From a virus, in IMG/VR virus record IMGVR_UViG_3300029286_000013: a stretch of DNA of 64,000 bases, one strand, 5' to 3'. Below are positions 26,656 through 34,537 of this stretch, one piece after another. A model generated the notes under the pieces. The model was not told the origin of the DNA. It searched no databases and saw only the letters and a list, made by a program, of their open reading frames with translations. Position 1 is the first letter of the stretch. Each line of letters opens with the position of its first letter. The translations under genes and the position numbers were made by a program.

Positions 26656-26925
26656 TTATACATTATCACTTATGAGATAATCAGTAATTATTACGTTATA
26701 CAACTCTGCTTCCCCTGCTACAAATTGTACCCATTCGTCAGCCGCATCTTGATCCAACCAAACTCGCTTAACGTGATTTTCGTCAACAAATGCAACAAAA
26801 CCATCTGTTTTCCCAGCTATTTCCATTTGTCCTGCTTTGGTGTTTAGCGCATTTGAAAACTCTGCTGGAACTGTATCTACAGTAGATTGATAAGTAAATA
26901 TTGTTTGTTTTGTGTAAGTAGTCAT
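26656..26925 (-). CDS. Small acidic protein (possible distant Dabb-like family member)
   Basis: SD AGGAG; RVWLDQDAADEW. Confidence 0.7.
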   Translation of the reverse strand: MTTYTKQTIFTYQSTVDTVPAEFSNALNTKAGQMEIAGKTDGFVAFVDENHVKRVWLDQDAADEWVQFVAGEAELYNVIITDYLISDNV

Positions 26926-26963
26926 AAAGTTTCTCCTACATGTATTTATCATTAAATACAAAT

Positions 26964-27431
26964 ATGACTAATTTTGAATATATTGTTGATTTTTTACCAA
27001 TTCTGCCTAAAGAAATAGTTACTGAAATTATTTTATCTACAAAAAAACCAAATTTATGGGGCGGACATCGTGCAGATGTTTACCAATTATTTGAATGTAC
27101 ACAAAAACTGTATGATTTTATTGATTTACATTTAAGTGAAAAATATGTAGTCAAGGTACAATTAATAAAGAACACACTACCCATACACGTAGATATAGGA
27201 AGGTCATTTGTTTTCAATTATATAATTGAAACCGGTGGGGATAATGTACATACTATCCTCTATTCAAAAAACAATGATGATTATACTGTAATTGAATCAC
27301 ACTGCATAGAACCATTTAAATGGCATAGATTAAACGTTTCTACTCCACATAGTGTCAGCACAATATTACCACATAATCAACGAGTAAGCTTAAGCATTTT
27401 TTTATGTGAAGCTGATAACCCTTTTAAGTAG
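26964..27431 (+). CDS. 2OG-Fe(II)/cupin-like oxygenase
   Basis: PIHVD...FNYIIETGG...WHRLNVSTPHSV...RVSLS. Confidence 0.7.
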   Translation: MTNFEYIVDFLPILPKEIVTEIILSTKKPNLWGGHRADVYQLFECTQKLYDFIDLHLSEKYVVKVQLIKNTLPIHVDIGRSFVFNYIIETGGDNVHTILYSKNNDDYTVIESHCIEPFKWHRLNVSTPHSVSTILPHNQRVSLSIFLCEADNPFK

Positions 27432-27434
27432 GCA

Positions 27435-27510
27435 TGGTGCCAACGAATGGAATCGAACCATTGACGCACAGATTTTCAGTCTGTCGCTCTACCAACTGAG
27501 CTACATCGGC
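27435..27510 (-). tRNA. tRNA-Phe(GAA)
   Basis: Loop CTGAAAA, CCA. Confidence 0.95.
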
Positions 27511-27519
27511 TTATAAAGG

Positions 27520-27667
27520 TGGGAGCCTAACTATCTTAGTGTTAATAAGCCTCGTTAGATTGTCTCGTATAGGCAAGTTTATACACCCATTAATCATACT
27601 ATAGTGTCATCACAGTTAACCCCACTGTGACTAGATTGACAGGGACTCGAACCTATCGTCTATCCCA
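27520..27667 (-). ncRNA. Candidate tRNA-mimic RNA with an isolated T-arm
   Basis: TGGGA/TCCCA ends; GATAGG-TTCGAGT-CCCTGTC; TCACAGT/ACTGTGA hairpin. Confidence 0.5.
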
Positions 27668-27671
27668 TAAC

Positions 27672-27749
27672 TGGCACCCCCTCAAGGATTCGAACCTCAG
27701 AATGTCGGAATCAAAATCCGATGCCTTAGACCAACTTGGCGAAGGGGGT
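27672..27749 (-). tRNA. tRNA-Gln(TTG)
   Basis: Loop TTTTGAT, CCA. Confidence 0.93.
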
Positions 27750-27758
27750 ATTTTATCT

Positions 27759-27848
27759 TTAATAAAGAGACTCCTTGTACACATTACATAAATGTGTCCA
27801 AGCTTCAATTTCTTGTTTATGTTTTTCTACTGATTGATTCCAACTCAT
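27759..27848 (-). CDS. Micropeptide, 29 aa (not in ORF track)
   Basis: SD TAAGGAG; MSWNQSVEKHKQEIEAWTHLCNVYKESLY. Confidence 0.5.
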   Translation of the reverse strand: MSWNQSVEKHKQEIEAWTHLCNVYKESLY

Positions 27849-27866
27849 TGCTGTCTCCTTAAAATT

Positions 27867-27943
27867 TGGTAGCCTCACTGTGACTCGAACACAGGACCCC
27901 CGCCTTATCAAGACGGTGCTCTAACCAACTGAGCTATGAGGCT
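27867..27943 (-). tRNA. tRNA-Ile(GAT)
   Basis: Loop TTGATAA, CCA. Confidence 0.95.
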
Positions 27944-27950
27944 GAATGTT

Positions 27951-28025
27951 TGGTGGATGTAAGTAGATTTGAACTACTGACCTATTCCGTATGAAGGAAT
28001 TGCACTACCGCTGTGCTATACATCC
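27951..28025 (-). tRNA. tRNA-Met(CAT), elongator
   Basis: Loop TTCATAC, G1:C72, CCA. Confidence 0.88.
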
Positions 28026-28026
28026 A

Positions 28027-28103
28027 TGGGGTGCTTGATGGGATTCGAACCCACGAATATCGGAATCACAATCCGAGGTCTTAACCGCTTGACGACAAGC
28101 ACC
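28027..28103 (-). tRNA. tRNA-His(GTG)
   Basis: G-1:C73, loop TTGTGAT, CCA. Confidence 0.95.
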
Positions 28104-28575
28104 GTGTGATAGAAACAGTCATTGCAAATCTTACAAATTCTATGTTTGAAACGCCATGCGGCACTGTTACATCTAGCATATGCCAGACATTTGGTCGAAT
28201 GTGTACTGATTCTATAGGTTTATAATCTTTATTATAAACTTCTAATCGTCCGTCACTAATCCTAATAAAATCATTTATATCATAAAATGAGGTAAGAACA
28301 TTTGGTCCGCCTGTGTCAAATATATAATTATAAGCACGGGTTCTATTAAAATCAGTATGAATAGGAACGGTATCACTAAATGAGTGAACCTCTACTTTAT
28401 CAAAATACAAAAACGATTCAATAAAATTTTTCAGTTTCTCCGTTGCATTAAACAACTGATAAGGATGATTTGGTAACTTAAAAATATTTGGATAATTATC
28501 TCTGCTATAACAGGCTTCTTTAAGAAAAGTTTCATCCAATTTTGGTAAGTCTTCTAAATAGGTAATATAACTCAT
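28081..28575 (-). CDS. 2OG-Fe(II)/cupin-like oxygenase; stop codon lies inside tRNA-His
   Basis: PIHTD...YNYIFDTGG...WHMLDVTVPHGV...RFAMT. Confidence 0.7.
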   Translation of the reverse strand: MSYITYLEDLPKLDETFLKEACYSRDNYPNIFKLPNHPYQLFNATEKLKNFIESFLYFDKVEVHSFSDTVPIHTDFNRTRAYNYIFDTGGPNVLTSFYDINDFIRISDGRLEVYNKDYKPIESVHIRPNVWHMLDVTVPHGVSNIEFVRFAMTVSITRCLSSSG

Positions 28576-28610
28576 GACTTATTTATTCAATGGACTAACT
28601 TAAAAAATGT

Positions 28611-28700
28611 TGGTAGAAACGGTGAGATTCGAACTCACGGAGGACGTTAGCCCTCGACGGTTTTCAAGACCGTTGCCTTAAACCACTCGGCCACGTTTCC
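28611..28700 (-). tRNA. tRNA-Ser(TGA)
   Basis: Loop CTTGAAA, long variable arm, CCA. Confidence 0.95.
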
Positions 28701-28702
28701 TC

Positions 28703-29350
28703 TTAAAAATTCCAATTTGGGTCTAATGATAAAATTTTATCATCCCATTCACTTTTGTAAAAATCAAGAACTTTAGTTTGTAGTTCATTTTTACACCATT
28801 CTAAATTGGTAATGTAATGGTATTTTAAGTGAGATTGCTGATCCATATGATTTTTTAATTCTGTTTTAACATCAAAATGACTATTAGGTAATGTTTCATA
28901 AGTGATTATTTTTCCATAATATGGAAAATATTTTAAGTGTAGTAATACATTCATTTTTGAACGATGTATATCATTATCTGTTGCTGTAAAGTCGTTTTTC
29001 TGTTTGTTCTCATAGAGAGAAGTATAACCATGTTGTTTTGCTAAAACATCAGATAGTAACATGTTTAATCGATCTTTACGTTCTATTACAAATATTTCGT
29101 GACTACGTAAATTTAGTACTTCATTATACCATTTGTTTCCTGGTTTATAAAACTCCATATTAGATCCGTGTATCTTTGTACAAGTATCAATTGAATTCAT
29201 TTTTTCTACTAATAAGTCCCATGAGCTATTATCAAATTCGTTAGATAATTTTCTCATAAAAGGTTCATTCAATTTTTCATAAGTGTTGCAACGATAAAGA
29301 CCAGCAGTGCCTCGTGATCTGGGCATAGTGTAAAGTAATATAGGTTTCAT
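28703..29350 (-). CDS. Sulfotransferase-like protein
   Basis: MPRSRGT (5'-PSB-like), NEPF, KIH, ERKD...S, ITYE. Confidence 0.6.
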   Translation of the reverse strand: MKPILLYTMPRSRGTAGLYRCNTYEKLNEPFMRKLSNEFDNSSWDLLVEKMNSIDTCTKIHGSNMEFYKPGNKWYNEVLNLRSHEIFVIERKDRLNMLLSDVLAKQHGYTSLYENKQKNDFTATDNDIHRSKMNVLLHLKYFPYYGKIITYETLPNSHFDVKTELKNHMDQQSHLKYHYITNLEWCKNELQTKVLDFYKSEWDDKILSLDPNWNF

Positions 29351-29418
29351 AACAATATATTTATACTGGTGGAAATCAACCTAATCATAATAGGTATTCT
29401 ATACTGTTCAAATATGAA

Positions 29419-29604
29419 TTATGCTTTTTTATCTATCTGATGGTTATGATGCGTTGATTCTAAATCACCATCTTTGTTATAAAGATACTGCACAACTTCA
29501 ATAAGTTGTTTATTAGTTGCCGGATCTTTTACGATAGTGTAAACCGTAGTGCGATATTGATGATTAATCATATCATTTATGGGTGTTGCACTTTGAACTA
29601 TCAT
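29419..29604 (-). CDS. Small hypothetical protein
   Basis: 61 aa; TATAAATA 4 nt before ATG. Confidence 0.6.
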   Translation of the reverse strand: MIVQSATPINDMINHQYRTTVYTIVKDPATNKQLIEVVQYLYNKDGDLESTHHNHQIDKKA

Positions 29605-29617
29605 ATAGTATTTATAT

Positions 29618-29693
29618 TGGTGGGACCAGGGCGGTTCGAACGCCCGACCAATGGATTAAAAGTCCACTGCTCTACCGACTGAGCTATGGTCCC
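29618..29693 (-). tRNA. tRNA-Lys(TTT)
   Basis: Loop CTTTTAA, CCA. Confidence 0.95.
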
Positions 29694-29699
29694 GTATTC

Positions 29700-29776
29700 T
29701 GGTGCGACCGGAGAGATTCGAACTCCCGACTCCCAAGTTCGTAGCCTGGTACTCTATCCAACTGAGTTACGGTCGC
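29700..29776 (-). tRNA. tRNA-Arg(ACG)
   Basis: Loop CTACGAA, CCA. Confidence 0.95.
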
Positions 29777-29861
29777 ATTCTAAAACACACCTAGTACTCC
29801 CGAGTCGTGTGGGTCTAGCGTTTTCAGCTAATATTGTTTTCCACTATGTATGTTTTAGAAT
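29777..29861 (-). ncRNA. Stem-closed spacer RNA B
   Basis: Arms ATTCTAAAACATACATAGT/ACTAGGTGTGTTTTAGAAT. Confidence 0.5.
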
Positions 29862-29862
29862 G

Positions 29863-30000
29863 CCGTGTATTGCTACACGACACGATAGGGTTAATACCCT
29901 ACCCAGTGATTTTAATTTCTATGTTATCGCCATAGATTTCATCCTACTGTCCGCCCATTTGATACATTTTGCGCTGTATTACGGCTCTCGTTGCCTGTTC
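29863..30000 (-). ncRNA. Candidate multi-hairpin RNA in the tRNA-array leader
   Basis: GGC/GCC, ATACA/TGTAT, CAGT/ACTG enclosing CTATG/CATAG, TAGGG/CCCTA, CGTGT/ACACG. Confidence 0.45.
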
Positions 30001-30010
30001 ACGTTGCTTA

Positions 30011-30157
30011 TCATTTTACCTTGTACAGTATATGATAAACCTTCGCACGTTGTAACTTGTTAGCTATCAACTGTGCTAGTTGCTCCTTTGTCAGAACATG
30101 ATTGCTAAACCAATCTTGCTTTGCTTCAGAAGTTTTGTATTCTATCTCTTTATCCAT
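30011..30157 (-). CDS. Possible 48-aa ORF directly after the attenuator
   Basis: MDKEIEYKTSEAKQDWFSNHVLTKEQLAQLIANKLQRAKVYHILYKVK; ATG lies within a promoter spacer. Confidence 0.35.
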   Translation of the reverse strand: MDKEIEYKTSEAKQDWFSNHVLTKEQLAQLIANKLQRAKVYHILYKVK

Positions 30158-30167
30158 TTATTGTCAA
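30139..30167 (-). promoter_or_regulatory. sigma70 promoter downstream of the attenuator
   Basis: TTGACA ATAAATGGATAAAGAGA TAGAAT. Confidence 0.75.
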
Positions 30168-30195
30168 ATTTCCTTTTGTTGTATTTTTACAACAC

Positions 30196-30234
30196 AAACA
30201 AAAACCCCTAAGACTTTTTAGTTTCCCAGGGGTT
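30196..30234 (-). terminator. Intrinsic terminator (attenuator)
   Basis: AACCCCTGGGA-N10-TCTTAGGGGTT then TTTGTTTG. Confidence 0.8.
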
Positions 30235-30278
30235 AGATAAATTTAGTTATGATGTTAACTTGTTACCTAGTCCCCGGG
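30225..30278 (-). promoter_or_regulatory. Antiterminator hairpin overlapping the leader stop codon and the terminator 5' arm
   Basis: CCC-GGGG-ac-TAGGTAA..AGTTA / TAACT..TTATCTA-a-CCCC-t-GGG, about 19 bp. Confidence 0.65.
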
Positions 30279-30400
30279 TCTCTCTCTTGGTTATCATTTG
30301 AGCCGCGAATACTTGTTGGATATGCTGGTGTAAAGGATACACTGGCTAATGACTGCCATTGTCCCATATGCTTCAGCGTTTTACAAGTTTTATTCATCAT
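30263..30400 (-). CDS. Putative leader peptide, 45 aa (not in ORF track)
   Basis: MMNKTCKTLKHMGQWQSLASVSFTPAYPTSIRGSNDNQERDPGTR; all 20 amino acids; CTAAATA 6 nt before ATG. Confidence 0.65.
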   Translation of the reverse strand: MMNKTCKTLKHMGQWQSLASVSFTPAYPTSIRGSNDNQERDPGTR

Positions 30401-30474
30401 AGTCTTTATTTAGTCCTGGTTGTAAATTAGTGCAAATACAGTACGTTTTTACACCTTTTCTCAATTCATGCTGA

Positions 30475-30503
30475 AGTATAGCACGGGTGTTGATTAATGT
30501 CAA
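30475..30503 (-). promoter_or_regulatory. sigma70 promoter heading the tRNA region
   Basis: TTGACA TTAATCAACACCCGTGC TATACT. Confidence 0.85.
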
Positions 30504-30574
30504 CCTTTAATGTGCCCAAATCATTTACGAATGAAATTCTAGGCTATAAATATAGTATGGTTAATAAATATAGT

Positions 30575-30874
30575 ATGATTGGCAATTCCACTATTCTCAG
30601 AGTCACTACAACTAAAACAGATTCTTCTATAGAATTCTATAAAGATGTTGCTGTTATGAACCATGTATTGAATGAATATATATTTCCTAATAAGCTTGTC
30701 GCAGTTACACGCACAGAAGATGATGGACTTACTGTTATAACTACATTAAATTTTGCATCAAATGAGTATGCAAATGAATTCCTTTCTGACCCAATAATTA
30801 AAGATTTTGGTAAAGCAAAACAAGAATACAATCAACAACATAACATATCAAAAAAAACTGAGGCAATTAATTAA
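30575..30874 (+). CDS. Small Dabb/ABM-like protein (alternative start 30557)
   Basis: Paralogous to 31938-32249 (IEFY, DGLTVITT, DPI, EYN). Confidence 0.6.
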   Translation: MIGNSTILRVTTTKTDSSIEFYKDVAVMNHVLNEYIFPNKLVAVTRTEDDGLTVITTLNFASNEYANEFLSDPIIKDFGKAKQEYNQQHNISKKTEAIN

Positions 30875-31407
30875 TGAATAGAATAGTAAACGATTTTATA
30901 TTAGAATTACCTGAAATAATAGTAGATGTAGGATCTATATCAGATGATTGGATTAACGCTCATAAATCAGATAAAAGATATTCTGTTTTGGATGAGATTC
31001 CTAGCGACCCTGTACTCAACAAGTTTGTAAAATCATTTGATGAATCATTGTTTAATGAACGAATTAAATTTATGATGCTTAGGTTTGGACCATATGACGA
31101 ACACCCTGTTCACGTAGATGCTAGTAGATTTGCTGGAATAAATTTAGTCATACGTGGTAATACTGAACATAGTCCTATTAAATACTACTTAGATGAGGAC
31201 TTAACAAATCCCGTATTTGAGTATCAATACAAAAATTACCCTATACTAATCTCAAGTCAACGATATCATAGTATTACAAATAACCACGACTCTGAAAGAG
31301 TATTGTTCACTATACCTTTAAAGACAGATTACACTTTCCAAAGAATGAGAGATGAATGGTCTTCGGGTAATAAAGACTTGTTTTTTTCTAAAACAGGCTC
31401 TAAATAA
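30874..31407 (+). CDS. 2OG-Fe(II)/cupin-like oxygenase
   Basis: PVHVD...YHSITN...ERVLF. Confidence 0.65.
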   Translation: MNRIVNDFILELPEIIVDVGSISDDWINAHKSDKRYSVLDEIPSDPVLNKFVKSFDESLFNERIKFMMLRFGPYDEHPVHVDASRFAGINLVIRGNTEHSPIKYYLDEDLTNPVFEYQYKNYPILISSQRYHSITNNHDSERVLFTIPLKTDYTFQRMRDEWSSGNKDLFFSKTGSK

Positions 31408-31429
31408 ATTTAATCTACAAGAGAATTAT

Positions 31430-31909
31430 ATGAAAACATCACATGACATAATAAAAGCGTTTATTGAGAGCGGATATAAACACATGGAAAATATTCCTAA
31501 CAATAGAGTATTTTACACAGAAAATTCATGTAGCACACTTGCATGGGTAGAAGATAATGTTGTTATCGAACACTATTTGTTACTTCCTAACTTAGATACA
31601 CCAATACATAGCCATCCATTTGACAACCAAATGATTTTCATTGAGGGTGATTTAACTGCGTGGAGGCAAGAAGCCGGTAAACCCGATACTAGGATAACTG
31701 TAATATTTAATGAAAGATTAAGAAATCATGTCAGTACAATAATGACAACTGGAGGAGAACATGGGTTTACTACAGGTGAACGAGGGGCCGTAGTTTATAA
31801 TATACAGATTTGGCCTGAACCTACTAAAACCCCACTGAGTGCTACTATAGAATATTCTGGTACTTCAATGGGACCGAGGCATGACAAACTTGTAGAACAA
31901 TTTAAATAA
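31430..31909 (+). CDS. Cupin-like protein
   Basis: PIHSHPFDNQMIFIEG...EHGF. Confidence 0.6.
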   Translation: MKTSHDIIKAFIESGYKHMENIPNNRVFYTENSCSTLAWVEDNVVIEHYLLLPNLDTPIHSHPFDNQMIFIEGDLTAWRQEAGKPDTRITVIFNERLRNHVSTIMTTGGEHGFTTGERGAVVYNIQIWPEPTKTPLSATIEYSGTSMGPRHDKLVEQFK

Positions 31910-31937
31910 CTTCTTCGCTAACAAACGTAATACTATA

Positions 31938-32249
31938 TTATATTGTCTCTGTTGTTCTGTCGGTCAATACGATTCCATTAGCCGTGTTATATTCTCTTCG
32001 GAGATTCCATTTATCACTAACTATGGGGTCAGCAAGAGCTTCATTATATACTTCCTCACTCTCCCACAACATGGTAGTAATGAGTGTTAGTCCATCACTT
32101 GATTGTTGACGATCTAAGAATAGTAATTTAGATGTTTGTTTATATGTAGCGTCCCAGTGACTTCTAAATGCATCAGAATCTTCCCCCATGACAGAATAAA
32201 ATTCTACGTCAACTGAAGGTCTTGTATGTTTTGCTGTTATTTGGTACAT
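31938..32249 (-). CDS. Small Dabb/ABM-like protein
   Basis: KHTRPSVDVEFY...TTMLWESEE...DP...EYNTANGI. Confidence 0.65.
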   Translation of the reverse strand: MYQITAKHTRPSVDVEFYSVMGEDSDAFRSHWDATYKQTSKLLFLDRQQSSDGLTLITTMLWESEEVYNEALADPIVSDKWNLRREYNTANGIVLTDRTTETI

Positions 32250-32258
32250 TCTTTTTTC

Positions 32259-33185
32259 CTATAATACAGTATTTATCATAGTTACAGTATTGCCGGTAAC
32301 ATCTTTTGTAACATCGGCATAGCCTTCTTTTATAAAGGCTTCGGGATAGTAACTTTTAATCAAATCTGCTTGATGTTGGCCTTGAATTTGACCTTTCCAT
32401 TGTACTGCCGCACTAGTCATTTCTTCTGGATTTTCCCAACGTTGGAATGCTAAAATAACAAACCCATTACCAGTACCTGCATCTTCATCACCGCCGTGAT
32501 ACCCACCGTTAACTAACTTAGTACTAAGTCCTCCCCATGTTCTACTTGTATTAGTTATTGATCCTTCGTCAGGCTTCCAAGTTCCTCCGCCCCCCATTGT
32601 CATAGTAATCACTTCCATTCTAGGATGTGAGTGTTTCCAGATGTACATGTTTGGATACTCAATATAAAATTCAACTTGATAGTTACCTTTTCTGAATAAA
32701 CAAATAGCCACAGCATCGTCACTACGTATGACATTTGCATTCCAAGGAATCATCATGGGCATTCTTTGTTCACAATACCAATCTACAAAATCTTCGAGGC
32801 TAGACCAATCATCTGGAATTTTAACATCTTTAAAATAATCCTTAGCATCAACTTGTTTCCATGTGGGTCTAATGAATCCAGCATCTGATGTTGAACTTGA
32901 TACTATACCATTTATTTGCTCATACTCAGTACTGATTTTTGTAAAGTTTTCTACACAAAACGGATCACTAAAATATTCAGCAAAAGCCTCCTGTGATTCC
33001 CATACTGTCGTAGTAGATATAGTCAACTGATCCTCTGACATTGTTCTATCAAATCTCACTAGTTTACCAGTATCTATATAATTTGCTTTTAGATACGATC
33101 CGTATTCAGGTCTGACAAGCTTAGTCTGATAAAAGAATGGAATATCAACGCTAGGTCTCGTATGCTTCTTTGTAATAGTTATCAT
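32259..33185 (-). CDS. Fusion of Dabb-like domain and cupin domain
   Basis: N-terminal KHTRPSVDIPFF...WESQE; C-terminal KHSHPRME. Confidence 0.65.
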   Translation of the reverse strand: MITITKKHTRPSVDIPFFYQTKLVRPEYGSYLKANYIDTGKLVRFDRTMSEDQLTISTTTVWESQEAFAEYFSDPFCVENFTKISTEYEQINGIVSSSTSDAGFIRPTWKQVDAKDYFKDVKIPDDWSSLEDFVDWYCEQRMPMMIPWNANVIRSDDAVAICLFRKGNYQVEFYIEYPNMYIWKHSHPRMEVITMTMGGGGTWKPDEGSITNTSRTWGGLSTKLVNGGYHGGDEDAGTGNGFVILAFQRWENPEEMTSAAVQWKGQIQGQHQADLIKSYYPEAFIKEGYADVTKDVTGNTVTMINTVL

Positions 33186-33195
33186 TTTAATTTCC

Positions 33196-34134
33196 TCATA
33201 TGTGTGTAAAATGTTTATTTCCCAATATTTCTAATTTCAATTGGTCGGGCGTTCTGTCTACAGTTTGCCTGTACGGCAATCCGTTATACTTTTTCTGCAA
33301 AAAAGATTCAAATTCATTAACTAGTGAATCAGTTTTTTCAAATCCTGTTTGTTTCTTGCGCTCAATAAGATCGGGATACGCTTCCCTATATCCAATAAGT
33401 TTAGTTGAGTTGGAACCCAACTTACCATAGTATTTATCGTTGACTAGTTTGTTAAACCATGTTGTTTTCATATAAGACAATACTAATCCAGGTGTCCACT
33501 TAAACCATTCAGCGATTCCGGGTTTATTAATCTGTCTTAAGAACTTTGACCAACCAATGTCATGTTCCCAACAACGCATCATCCACGTTCCTTTAATAGA
33601 ATAATCGTCATTGGTGCGCCAAGGTGATAAGTCACTTGCTCCCATTATCGGGAAGCCGTCTACTAGTTCTAATAGTTTACAATACGGCAATGCTCTAGGT
33701 CTATCAATCTGTGACAGTTCAGACATTCTTTCTGCGTCATTCTCGTAAAATTTTTGTAGATTGAAATCTAATATTTTATAGGGCACATTTAATATAGAAC
33801 ACACGGTTACTGCATAACTCACATCATAAATGTTATAGTCATTTTCATATCTTGCTATTAGAATCTCAGGATTAGCACCTATTTCTAAGAACGCACGTAA
33901 CATTATCTCACTATCGATACCACCACTGAATAATATTACAGGTGTTGAATCACAATGGTCAATAGTGCTACGTGCGGCATTAAATAATTCATCTTTGAAA
34001 TTACTTACCCTTCCGTTATATTGTCCAAAATTAGTATTAAACTTGTCATTGGATGTTTGTCTGCCAAATAGTCTATCATCATAACTCCAACTATACCAAT
34101 TATTCTCACTTGTGTACATGCTTATATGTCCCAA
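33196..34134 (-). CDS. PP-loop ATPase-like protein (paralog 3)
   Basis: LFSGGIDSE; C-terminal RKKQTGFE. Confidence 0.65.
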   Translation of the reverse strand: MGHISMYTSENNWYSWSYDDRLFGRQTSNDKFNTNFGQYNGRVSNFKDELFNAARSTIDHCDSTPVILFSGGIDSEIMLRAFLEIGANPEILIARYENDYNIYDVSYAVTVCSILNVPYKILDFNLQKFYENDAERMSELSQIDRPRALPYCKLLELVDGFPIMGASDLSPWRTNDDYSIKGTWMMRCWEHDIGWSKFLRQINKPGIAEWFKWTPGLVLSYMKTTWFNKLVNDKYYGKLGSNSTKLIGYREAYPDLIERKKQTGFEKTDSLVNEFESFLQKKYNGLPYRQTVDRTPDQLKLEILGNKHFTHI

Positions 34135-34537
34135 ATATCATATCCCATAACGGGGTAAATAGTCCGTAATTTATTTCACCAGAGTGGTGCATCAAATGCC
34201 ATTTGCCACTAGTAAGAACAGGTAGATTAAATTGTCTATCATGTTCAATTGTTTCTTGTATGAATGCCGCCCATACATAATATAATACGCTAATCCACCA
34301 TTGATTGGTTATCAATGAAAAAAGCAAAGTAGGAATGACTTCAGTTATCCACAAGTCTATTGTACTAGTCCAATCATCATTAAATAGTAATAGGTTAGAC
34401 CAATGCCACTTAGTAGAATGATTAAGTATAAACTGGTGATGATGCAGATGAATTTTACGAATCACCGGCACTATATGACCAACTCTATGAATCCAATACA
34501 GTATTAGAGTCCATAGAAAGAAATATAAAACAATCAT
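34106..34537 (-). CDS. Sterol desaturase/fatty acid hydroxylase family
   Basis: YWIHRVGH, HLHHH, HLMHH, NYG..WDMIFGT. Confidence 0.85.
   Translation of the reverse strand: MIVLYFFLWTLILYWIHRVGHIVPVIRKIHLHHHQFILNHSTKWHWSNLLLFNDDWTSTIDLWITEVIPTLLFSLITNQWWISVLYYVWAAFIQETIEHDRQFNLPVLTSGKWHLMHHSGEINYGLFTPLWDMIFGTYKHVHK

Noticed and set aside
30497-30556. N-terminal extension of the 30497 ORF
   Set aside because: It overlaps the divergent promoter and lies upstream of the gene's own TATAAATA box; start moved to 30557/30575.
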